64,000 nucleotides of DNA from Podarcis tiliguerta (Eukaryota): NCBI GenBank assembly GCA_965153285.1, contig OZ229111.1; one strand, given 5' to 3'. This document shows, piece after piece, positions 13,301 through 25,300 of this stretch. A program made the translations under genes and the position numbers. Position 1 is the first letter of the stretch. Every line of letters begins with the position of its first letter. The notes beneath the pieces are model-generated. The model was given only the letters and a program-made list of their open reading frames with translations. It had not been told where the DNA came from and ran no database searches.

Positions 13301-16300
13301 TATAATGTGCCCCAAATCTACTCTAGTGTGGGAGCCTGCAGAGGGGAGGGGAAGAGGAGCAGTCTCATTGCACATGCAGATGCCCATTCATGTGATGTTG
13401 TATACCACACTTTGTATTTTCTTATAAGTGTTCTTTAAAGTAGAATAGATACACATACTTGAATTACACATGTTTGAATTACCAGTCTTAACTGTGTTTC
13501 TCAATGTATATACATTGGTGTGGTGTAGTGGTTAAGAGCGGTAGTCACGTAATCTGGGGAACCGGGTTTGCGTCTCCGCTCCTCCACATGCAGCTGCTGG
13601 GTGACCTTGGGCCAGTCACACTTCTCTGAAGTCTCTCAGCCCCACTCACCTCACAGAGTGTTTGTTGTGGGGGAGGAAGGGAAAGGAGATTGTTAGCCGC
13701 TTTGAGACTCCTGAAGGGGAGTGAAAGGCGGGATATCAAATCCAAGCTCTTCTTCACTTACTGCTTTATAAGTTCCTTAAAACTGAACAAACACAAGAAT
13801 AGCAGGGTACAACATAAGCCACACTTAGATGAAACTAATATGTGTGCTGTTTGAAACTAACTTTTGAACTCGTCAGAATCGAGTTTCTAAATGTGTACTG
13901 TTGCTCTGGTGGTTAAGAGATAACAGAGTGGTGGGTGCAAGCCACAATGTGGAGGGTGAAAGCCTAGCTTTCAGAATTTCCAGAAAGGGACCCTGCAAGT
14001 GCAGACCCCATATTTGGGACTCCACAGAGGCCATGTACAACAGAGGTGGAGAACCTCCAGTCCATGGATCAGACTTAGCCTTTGAGGCCTCCCCCTTTGG
14101 CCTTGCAGACCGTTTGGGGCAAGCCATGCCTACCTGCGCTACATCTGATGTCATCCTATTAACTGTGGGGCTTGCCCATAGCTGCCTTGTGCACCTCCCC
14201 AAATCTCTGACAACCAGCTGGTTTTCAGGAGCCTTCAAAGCACTGCACAGTGCTAAGCAGGATCACTCTCTTCACATCAGCTGCTGCAAAGGTGGAGCAA
14301 TCCTGAGTTCAGACTCAATAGGAATCTCTGGTGCACCCATTTCCAACACTAAGTGGGATTCCCCTTACTGCTGGCCCTGCCCTTTTAACCTTTTAGGAGC
14401 AAACTTTAATGGCAGGGAGGGGCTTCAGAGAGCAGTTTGGCAAACCGTTATCTGAAGCAGTTTCATCCCTCTTAACGTTGCTCCAGCAAGGGATTTTGAC
14501 AGGTAGACAGGGCCACTCATCTGTCATACTTGGCCTGTAAGACCGCTCTTGATAAGGATCTGGCCCATGGAGCCCAAAAGGTTTTCCACTTCTGATGTAG
14601 ATGAACTTATTGTGGAATTTTTTTCTTCTCACAACTTACTCTTCGATATGAGTTGTGCTCTGGACATGACAAAGCAGAACAGTGTTTTGTTGCACTTGTA
14701 ACTTTTAGGTGTTTGTTGTCACTTTTATTTTAATATTTAGCAAGCAGCAGGACCTACTGGTAAAAATGAAGAGAAGATTCAAGTATTAACTGACAAGATT
14801 GATGTACTTCTACAACAGGTAATTGTCTTGAATCATACAGAAATGTTTATAAAGTTGGATCATACAGAAATGTTTATAAAGTTGGATTATACTAACTTTG
14901 TTCTCTCTCTATTAGATTGAAGAACTAGGTTCTGAAGGAAAGGTGGAAGAGGCTCAAGGCATGATGAAACTTGTTGAACAGTTAAAAGAGGAAAGAGAGT
15001 TGCTAAGATCTACAACTTCGGTAAGTAAGAGTCCTGTTTTTCTCTAAGTCTGGAAGCCCCAACAGAATACAGTCAAAGAAACTTGACCTCACAAAAGCCT
15101 TATTTTTCCAGCTTGTATTCTTCCAACTTGTTGAATAAATAGTTTCTTTGATTGCCACCAAAATATTTTCATACTTTATTAGTCATTGAGCTTTAACCAT
15201 GCGTATATGAGATTATAGTGGATGCTTGGGTTGCGAACATGATCCGTGCGGGATGCATGTTCGCAACCCCGCAGCGCCATGCCTGCGATTTGGTCTTCTG
15301 GGCACGCGCAAAGTGCCGAAACCTGGAAGTAAGCCGTTCCGGTACTTCCGGGTTTTGCCGCGTCTGTATCCCGAAAACATGCAACCTGAAGTGTCTGTAA
15401 CCCAAGGTATGACTGTAATAGCCTGCATAAAGGCAAATCAATTTATGGGCCAAAAAAATTGGAGGATTGTTTCTAGTTGCATCGTTCCACTGGTGCAAAG
15501 CTCTTTGATCCAGCAGAGGCTTTCAGAAGTAGCAGAACAGGGAGGGGGGCAGTTTTCACTTCTTCCTCCTCCCCCCCCCTTCAATTGTTCCAGAAGGTAG
15601 GGGTGCTTTCAGGATACAACGCTTTATGTTTAGAATAAACATAATGTTTAGAATAAATAATGTTGCTAGAATGTGTCCCTCACTGGGTTAATATCCTCTC
15701 AGATACACAGGAATGCAGAAAACACTTTGAAAGAGGGAGATCTTGGCCACATCCCTGTTCTTGACCTATTAAGGGATATAGACCATCTTAGAACTTCAAT
15801 AAGCCTTTGGAATTGAAATGAACGCAATAGAATTTAACACCATGGAAGACTTGTTTCTTATTATCAGATGGCAGGCTTGGGTTTAGAGGGTTGTTTAAAT
15901 GCTATATGGTGTGCAGCTTGGAATAATATGCGTTGTCAGTTCCTTTGCAGATAGAATTGCATGAAGGTCTATTTTAAAGATGCACCTGCACTTGAATTAT
16001 AATGCAGTTAGACCAATCTTGTGATCTGCTTTGGACATGAAATTTTGTGTATTTTTATAGCAATTGGTTAGCTGCTTGCATGACAAGGGGTAGGTTAAGA
16101 ATTTGAAAAATAAGTTGTATTGTTGCTAGGTAAATAATAAGCAAGGTGTTAATGTAAACTATCTGTTTTAACAAGTATCTTCTGTTTCCAGACAATTGAG
16201 AGCTTTGCTGCTCAGGAAAAGCAGATGGAAGTTTGTGAAGTCTGTGGAGCATTTTTAATCGTAGGAGATGCACAATCCAGGGTAGATGATCACTTGATGG

Positions 16301-19300
16301 GAAAACAGCATATGGGTTACGCAAAAATTAAAGCTACAGTGGAAGAACTAAAAGTATGTTCAATCTGCATGTATATATAGATCTGTATGTGCTTGGCAAT
16401 ACTGTCAACATATAGCCTAGGTATATGGCAATGCCACTATAAAAAATGATTTTAGAATGTGCCATTATGAACTGAAATACTCAGAACCTTGTGATACGAA
16501 GTAGGTGAACTTCTCAGCTTACATTCTTGAATACTACCAACAGATAAAAGTATTGACTTATTTTTATTTTCATCCATGTTACACAAAAGTTAAAGTACAT
16601 ACTGACCTGATTCATACATATCCCTCAGCCAAACCATGGCTAAGCGTGAGCAAGCAAGTACGCAGGTACTTACAGCAAAAATGGCAGTTGCTTCTGGTCT
16701 GCTCAGAACTACCAGGACTCATGGTTCATTTTCTTCCAGGCAAATCACAAACCTGGGTTCATGAGTAAAATATGATTTATCACAGAATAAACCTGCTTGC
16801 TCATGTTTAGCTCTGGTTTGGCTTGGTATTATGTGCAAAGTGGGCCAGTGTCAATTATTATTTATGGGGAATGGGGAAACCAAAAGTTAAACAATATATC
16901 AAAATAGCCACGGGCATAGGATGAGAAAGTAATAAGATAAAAATAACTGGATTGATATAGGTATTTGCAGTTTAGGATCTGTTTACTGAGCTAAGACAGA
17001 CAGAAGTTGGTATTATTCCATGAGTTTCAGTAAAAAAGCATTGACAGTCTTAGAACTGTTCCATACAAAATGTTATATGTTCATGGCACTTCTATACATA
17101 ATTTAGGTACATATTTTGATAAATGTATCCAGATTTTAACCAACAATTAACCAGTAGTCTTTGAAATGGTTTTGCTTCGTTGATGGCCTATTCTGTGGAG
17201 TTTTAAGCACTATACGTACACATAAATGTATACATATAATGCATCCATTGTAATTAGCTGAGATTCTAATCTGCCAAATCAAGGTACATTTGAAGACGAG
17301 GTGTTCAGTACAATTTTGTTCTTGCATTGAGCAGGGTTCTTCAAAAATATGTTCTTTGTGTGCAGAGATACAGCCTATTGCTCTGTGGTGGATTGCCATC
17401 AGTCATGGATGCTTTCGTTGAGATTCCTGCATTGTAGGGGGTTGGACTAGATGACCCTCGGGGTTCCTTTCAACTCTACAGTTCTATGATTCTATTTGTA
17501 TATATGTTATCATTAATGTTACCAGATAGTGGTGATGCTTTAGATTTTATCTGAAATAGACTGTTAAAGAGTGTTTCAAATTCATGTCATGGTATTGAGT
17601 ATTGGCCTTTCTTAAGAAGCATGAAATCTTCCAGTTGGTTTTGGGTTTGAGCCCCACATTGGGCAAAAGGTTCCTGCATTGCAGGGGAGTTGGACTAGAT
17701 GATCTTCATGGTGCCGTAAAATTCAATAATTCTATGATTTCAGTAACCTTTCTGTAATACTTTCCTTTTTAAGGAAAAATTAAGAAAGAGAACTGAAGAG
17801 CCAGAGCGTGATGATCGGTTAAAAAAAGAGAAACTAGAGCGTGAAGAGCGAGAGAGGGAACGTGAAAGGGAAGAAAGGGAAAGAAAGCGACGGCGTGAAG
17901 AAGAAGAAAAAGAAAAAGAGAGGGCTCGTGATAGAGAGAGACGAAAGAGGAGTCGTTCACGAAGCAGACATTCAAGCAGAACTTCTGACAGGCGGGGTAG
18001 TCGGTCAAGGGACCATAAAAGATCAAGAAGCAAGGACAGAAGACGAAGCAGGTACCTGTCTGGGAAGGGGCTGTGGACATTATATTTCTTTGAAGTTAAT
18101 TGAATAAATTGAAATGGATAATGAGTCGAGAGAACACCTAAAGGTGTAGACTTTGTATTCCTGAGAAACTGCTTGAGGTTTTCAGTACTAAAAATTCCTC
18201 ACAAGTACAGAACTTAATTAAGAACTTAATTCGTTCTGGAGGTCTGTTCTTAACCTGAAGCACCACTTTAGCTAATGGGGCCTCTTGCTGCCGCTGCGCC
18301 GCCACTGCACAATTTCTCTTCTCATCCTGAAGCAAAGTTCTCAACACGAGGTAATATTTCTGGGTTAGCGGAGTCTGTAACCTGAAGCGTATGTAACCCG
18401 AGGTACCACTGTATGTGAAAACTTGGCATAAATAGGGTTTAACCAGTTTTGAACAAACTTTGGCTTACATTTCTCAAGGCAGTTTTACACTAAGCACTTT
18501 GCAGCAAAACTGTAGTTTATATCAAAGCTTCGTTTAACTGTGAATGTGCCTCCCCCCAATTTTGCCGGTCCATATGTGGATGTGTCAAGTTTTTATGTCA
18601 AGTTTACTTATGATAAATTTAGGGAAGTGCTTTAACTATTATTGGGGATAGTCAACTAAATGACTGCATGAGCAGAATGACTTCTGCTTGTGCAATGAGA
18701 CATTGCCCCCCCCACCTTGTCCGTTCCCCACACCATCCCCAAATCTGCTCCAGAGAGTTGAGGGAACCCCTAGAATATATCTAGGGACATGGGGGGGGGG
18801 GGAGAATGTCCCATTGTGCTAAGAGAAATCCTTTCATTGGTGGAATGTTCACATAAGCACTAGGTTGAATTTCACCCATTCTTCTTACATTTTTAGGAGT
18901 CGAGATCGACGCAGAAGCAGAAGCCATGATAGGTCAGACAGAAAACATAGATCACGTAGCAGGGACAAAAGGCGGTCAAAGAGTCGGGATCGGAAATCTT
19001 ACAAGCACAGAAGCAAAAGCAGAGAGCGAGAACAAGACAGGAAATCTAAGGAAAAAGGTCAGTTCATATGACTGGTGAAGAATAGTTTTTCTGCAGAGCT
19101 GTGCCATGATCTTCCAGTGGTTGCTGCCCCCATAGATTCCTTCTGAACTCTTAAATACAAACTTTTAAATACTTGGTGCACCTTTCCTTCTCCCTTGCAG
19201 TACTGTAGCATATTATATATAAAACTCTTAGATTCCAGGTAGATGAGTGTCTCTTGGCTGCATACTACCTCAGTTTTTCTACATCTGTGAACTTAAGTTC

Positions 19301-22300
19301 AGTTGAGTCTTCTGTTACTGTCTTTAGGTGTGTGTTACCAGGGGTGGGGAAGCAGTAGGCTTGCAGATCTACTTGTTTTTTGCTAGAACTCTTGAGATCC
19401 ACCAACCAAAGCCTGCTTCACGCTGTGCAATAAATACAATGAGAATTTAAGCATTCTGAGACCAGCTATTTGTTTTGAGTACCAGAAATAAGCAGAGCTA
19501 ATTGCCCTGCCACACACACACAAAATTCAACAGTATATTCAGAACCATGTTTTTGGTGGTGGTTGTAAAACAACCAGGAGTCAGAAATCCTGATCTGTAA
19601 ATAACCCAGACATTTACCAATCCTGATCTGCCTTCTGCCCACCCCTCCATTTTGCAGACTCAACAATACTAACCGTAAATTGGTGTGATATTTAGATTGT
19701 TCCTGAAGACATGGTGCATAAAGATGGTATGTCACTACTGTTCTATGTTCTTACGTACAGTTACAGTTGCTTCCCTTTGGTGAACACTTTTTCTTCAGCC
19801 TCTGTGGCTTATTATTCATCCTCGTCGGCATTTCCAACACTTTAGGAATATGAGAGAGCCTAACTAAAGTCTGTTCTTGGCTTGTTATTTATTTTTCAGG
19901 TATTAAGTATATATTTTTAAAATCAGTGCTAATGAGTGTAGTAGTTTTCCTTATTGTGGTGGATACTGTACTGGCTGATTTCTTGCAGATACACTGTCCG
20001 TATTAGCATGTAATGGTAATCAAGTTTTAGTGCAACATGATAGACTTTAGCAAATTTTGGGCTCATATGCTCTCTTCCTACAAAGCTGAGATAAAGAATT
20101 CATACGCTTCTGCTTTTAGTTAACCAGAGTTTGCCATGTTGTTTGAATATGAAATTGTGGTAAGGACTAACCTTGCTTGGTTTCAACAAGCCAGCTTCAG
20201 AAACCACAGTATATCACTCCAGGTGACACATCAGCCACAGTAAGCAAAAGCTTCTGAACTGTTCCTCTTGACCACACAGGAGAGGCGAGCACACAAGTCT
20301 GAAGCTCATTGTCAATCATTCCATTGTTTGTTACTTTGTCCACCCAGAAATAACATGAAAGCCCGATTTCTCAAATTAAGAATCCATGTTAGCTTCAATT
20401 CCCATTTTTAAATGACACGCACATACATAATTTGGGAAATGGCCTGTTTCACCTGGGGTTGTTAGTATACATGCTCCGCCCTAAATTATTTTATTTGATA
20501 CACTGGAATCTTCCTTCTCAGCATGTGGGTCACTTACACTGCAATCATATGCCTGTCTACTGGGAAGTAAGCCCCAAAGTTAAACTGAGCTTACTCCCAG
20601 GTAGGTGTGTAGGATTGCCGCCTTAGTGGTGAACAATATGAATGTTTAGTGTTCTGCATAACGCTTTGTGGTCCCCACATTGAAAGGAAGCCTTTAAAAA
20701 TGGTCATCAGCCAGCCAGCCTCTTCAAGCTTCACTCCCTCAATTTTGGATAGCATTTCATAAATCCCTTTAAGGTCTCCTTACTGGATAGAAATTTAGAG
20801 TTTTTTTACTGCTTTATGCATCTTTTGTATGTATAGAATAATGGTCATGAATTAGATATGACTGCCTGTTATTCGCCTCTAGAAATAATCTTCATTTTGG
20901 TATGTTGGTTGTGTATTTCTTTTTATTAATGCAAAGTTGAATGAATTCCTGCTCAAGGAAGTATTACGAAAGTTCCCAGGACTGTGATTAATAAAAGCAG
21001 AGTAATGGGAATGGTACAAATATATGGGTCTGACCCAGTGAGGCAAGCCTGGTGCACTCAGCTGTGTGTAGGTACTGTCCTAAAATGGGGCATCAGAATA
21101 GGCTGCAGAGTCTATTATGGCATTCATTGGTTCTAGAGGAGACAACAGTGACTCGAAATAACAATGTGCTTCTTGCATAAATAGTGATTTTATTATCTCC
21201 AGGGGGTCCTCCATTTAAACAATCTTGGACTGTTTCATTCTCTTCTATTCAATGCCTTTTGTCTGGATTTTCAAGAAACTGAGTTTGGGTATAAACTAAT
21301 GGTTTTGTAGCTTAGTAGAACACTTCACAATTTAATGGTATGCAATGCTAAATAACGTTTATCTATACCAGTAACACGGGAAGGTATCTGCCCAGAAGTC
21401 ATAACCTCCTAGTTTGCAGAATATACAGCTCATTTCCCCTTTCCCAGTCACCCTGTAACACTAAAAAGTGGTGTGACTCGGCTACACTGCACACGCCAGC
21501 TGAGGGTGTTTAAAAACTATTCTTGCTATTTTTCCACTTTCTTTCCTACAATTCTTTTGGTGTTGTGATTGTGGTTACACTTGGAATTTGACTTCTTTCC
21601 ATGCCACTTGAGCATTGGTAAAAAAAATTGTTAGTCATTGTTAAGCAGCTGTATTAATGTCTGTCCTCCTTACATGTTCTATATTCTATTCTGTTGTACT
21701 TATGAAAGCATGCTTTAAGTTTATTCAGTTAATTACACATAGGACCTTTCTGAATAAATCCTCAGTGAAGATAGGTGTATAGATATTCTCAACTGGTATG
21801 GTATTGAGGAACTGGAATTTTCAGCAAATCTTGCTCGTTGCCTTGCAGTAAATTGGAGCTTCATAGTGAGAAAACCCCCCAGATCTGAGAGAAACTAAAC
21901 AAATACAAAATAAAATTTCAGTTCTATTAACTTGACAGTGAAACACTCCACCGCCCACCCCGCTTTCTGACCCTATCCATTGAAACAGTTAAGTTTCTCT
22001 TACTTAAGCACAGCTGGTCAGTATTTGAACAGATGGCACTGCAGCATTTGTACTGTGTGTGCCCATTTTATTTCCCTTTTTATGATCATAAAAGCAATTT
22101 TCAAGAAATAGGTAGAAGGATTATACTCCTTGCAGATATGCTATGGGGGTGGGTAACAAATCTTTCAACAAATAGAATTATTCCCTGAGCTCTACTTACC
22201 AAATCAAAGATAAAACTACTTTAGCGTAGAGTAGACAAAAAAAGTTTTCATAGTATAGCTTCCTATTTTAATTCACAGGCCAATAGGTCAATAACTGTTT

Positions 22301-25300
22301 AACAGTTGCCAAGAAAAACGCCTCTCTCCCCCATCTGTCCAAACTCAAAGCAATAAAACACCTTCCGGAGAATCTACATATTTTGCCCATTTAAAGGGCT
22401 GTTGAGCTCTATCGTATCTACATAGGACAGAAGATAAGCTTATTGGACTGACAGCTAGTCCTCTGCGGGGCAACAAGACTGCTGTTCCTCAGTGGATCTA
22501 CATGTGAATCGGCGATACCTAATAAAGCAAAAATTGAAGACTTTCAAAAAGGTCAGTTAGTGCAACCTACCCAGGCAATTATTACGTGGAACAGACACCT
22601 CTAAGAGTTCCAAAGTTAACTGGACTGTGGTGACTGGTTTTCTCTCAGCTTCAAATATTGTTTTCCCTTAGACAGTGGTTCCTTTGTAGTTCCTCCCCCC
22701 TCCCCTTTTTTGGCTGTTATCTGCATAATAAAGCTGTTCTAAGTTTTCTTGATAAAAGGAATTGAAACTAACTTCAAAATAATCTTTTGCTCTTGCAATA
22801 GGCCATAAGTATGCCTTTCCAGAAACTTCACCCATACAGCTTTGACAGTCTCTTCTGTTTGTTCCCTGTTCTTTATTCTTTGCTCTTGCATTAAATAAAA
22901 GGTAAAGGTACCCCTGCCCGTACGGGACAGTCATGTCCGACTCTAGGGTTGTGCGCCCATCTCACTTAAGAGGCCAGGGGCCAGCGCTGTCTGGAGACAC
23001 TTCCGGGTCACGTGGCCAGCGTGACAAAGCTGCTCTGGCAAGCTGGCACCGGCGCAGCACACGGAAACGCCGTTTACCTTCCCGCTATAAAGCGGTACCT
23101 ATTTATCTACTTGCACTTAAGGGTGCTTTCGAACTGCTAGGTGGGCAGGAGCTGGGACCGAAAGACGGGAGCTCACCCCACCGCGGGGATTCGAACCGCC
23201 GACCATGCGATCGGCAAGCCCTAAGCGCTGAGGTTTTACCCACAGCGCCACCCGCGTCCCGTTGCATTAAATACCGTCATTCAAAACATCTAATATACTT
23301 TATCTGGATGCTTAAAGAAGAATTTTGGTTCATCATGTTGATGAGACAAATACCCAAGTGATTTCAGTGTACAGCATACACGGCTTACACTATATTGCAT
23401 GCTATATATAAATAACTGCTTTAATGGGACAAAAACCTGGTAACCATGTCTGATATGGAAACTGCCCACTGTAAAGGGCTATGCATTGAATATAAGAGAA
23501 GGACACACGGCTGTCTTAAATTTTTATTTTCTCCAGGTAAACTCATTATTCTGGCTTTACTAATTTTATTGGCAGCCAATCCATTGTCAGATTCTCTTAT
23601 AGCGCTACCTCTGCTATTTAGAGTTAACTGTTTTCAGTGACCTATGAGTTCCATTAACCTAGTGTCCCAATTTCAAGCAACTTTGTCAAGTTTGTAACTT
23701 GTAATTGTTTTGGACATGAAAATTAAGTGCATCTTCTTGCAAGATAGGAAAATGAAAATTGGAAACCTATTGTGCTTTGAAGGTTACTTTTTTTGGCTCC
23801 CGGCAGTCATGGATTGTTAAATATCAGCCTGACAATGCACTTACACAGATTACTTTCTCTCTTCTTGGCAGTGGTTGGCAAGTAGGGAGACAATCCCCAA
23901 TCCTGGTGAGGTGATGGGGCATAGCAGGCAAATGAAGGTAAAGGAGGTGGGAATGGGCTCTGGAAAAAGAGTGAGGGAAGAGCAGGCACTACCATTTGAG
24001 AATAGTACATGAAGCCATGGAGAAAAAGGTTTGGGGGAATTGGGCTATCAAAAAGATAAGCATGCAAATCTATAAACACAGCACAAAATGTCCTTAAAAC
24101 TTCAGGCAGTAATATGCATAGTTGATTCAAATAGCCAAATCAAAATCAGCTCTGTGGTTTGGATCCAGACTTTGCCTTTCCCAGATGAAAGAAACTCCTT
24201 CCATCCATATTGTCAGCCGAGTGGGAGGAGAGGTAACGTTCTCCAATTCACCTCTCTGCAGCACCCAGCCCCACCTCCCATGTTCTTCCAGAAGATGTTC
24301 CAACCCTCCAGAACAGAGTTAGAGGTGGCACAGGGTGTTGCATTGAGGAGAAATAATTAAAACCACTCCTTCCTCTGTCAGCTGCAGTATCCCCACAAAT
24401 GAAGTAAGGCCTGGATCTAACCCTATACGTTAAGGTTTGTTACCTAAGATCAATACGTAATCCTGTAGAAATTAAATTGCTTCAAACTGTTCTGTGCATA
24501 TGCTGTCCGAGAGGTCAAGAATTACATGTTCTGAATACCAATTGCGGGAAACCACAATAGGTAAGAGTGCTCTTGTACTCAAATCCCGCTTGCTGGTTTC
24601 CTACAGGCAGCTGTTTGGCCACTGAGAGAACAGGATGCTCGACTAGATGGGTCATTGGCCTGATCCAGCAGGCTCTCCGCCCTGGCCAGCAGATTAGGTG
24701 TTGGCATCAGAGGTCAGAGGATGCTGCCAACAGGAGTCAGACCAACAGTCCTTCTTGCTCAGTATTTTCTGACCAGCAGTGGCTCTCCAGCATATCGGAC
24801 AATAAGTCTTTCCCAGCCTTATTTGGATATGCCAGAGACTGAAGCTGGGACTTTGTGCATGCAAGGCAGATGCCCTATGACTGAGCTACGGTCCTTCCCC
24901 AAATTTGTACATGGTCTTGAGCTAAATTAAGTGATTAAAAGTTGTATACTATGATGAATCTGTAGTTTTAGACACATTTTACACTAGCCTTTACATCAGG
25001 TAGTTTTCAGTTAGGTAGCATGTACATGGCTTGTGGGTTTTGACCAGAACTAGCAAACAGGTCAGTGGCTTTTGCATTGTAATCTTAAGCAGTTCTGCCT
25101 TTCCCTCTGAACTCAGCAACTCAGTTCTTGTTCTTTCTGGTGGAATATTTCATTCAATATTAGCACTGTAACTTTGATCTCTAGTTTGCAATTTTACAGC
25201 CAATTGCTGATGTCTCGGCATATACTTCACTCCTGAAAATCGTGATACCTTGTGTGTCTTTACTGTGAAGTCCATGGTCAATGTCTTCTTTCATGGCAGA

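Noticed and set aside
17740-18107. Overlapping ORFs on both strands
   Set aside because: Shadow frames of the purine-rich LUC7L3 exon 8.
6885-25299. Intronic snoRNA or miRNA in LUC7L3
   Set aside because: I found no convincing C/D or H/ACA box arrangement with a terminal stem by eye; the long hairpins seen are explained by MITEs. An Infernal/Rfam scan would be needed to exclude one.
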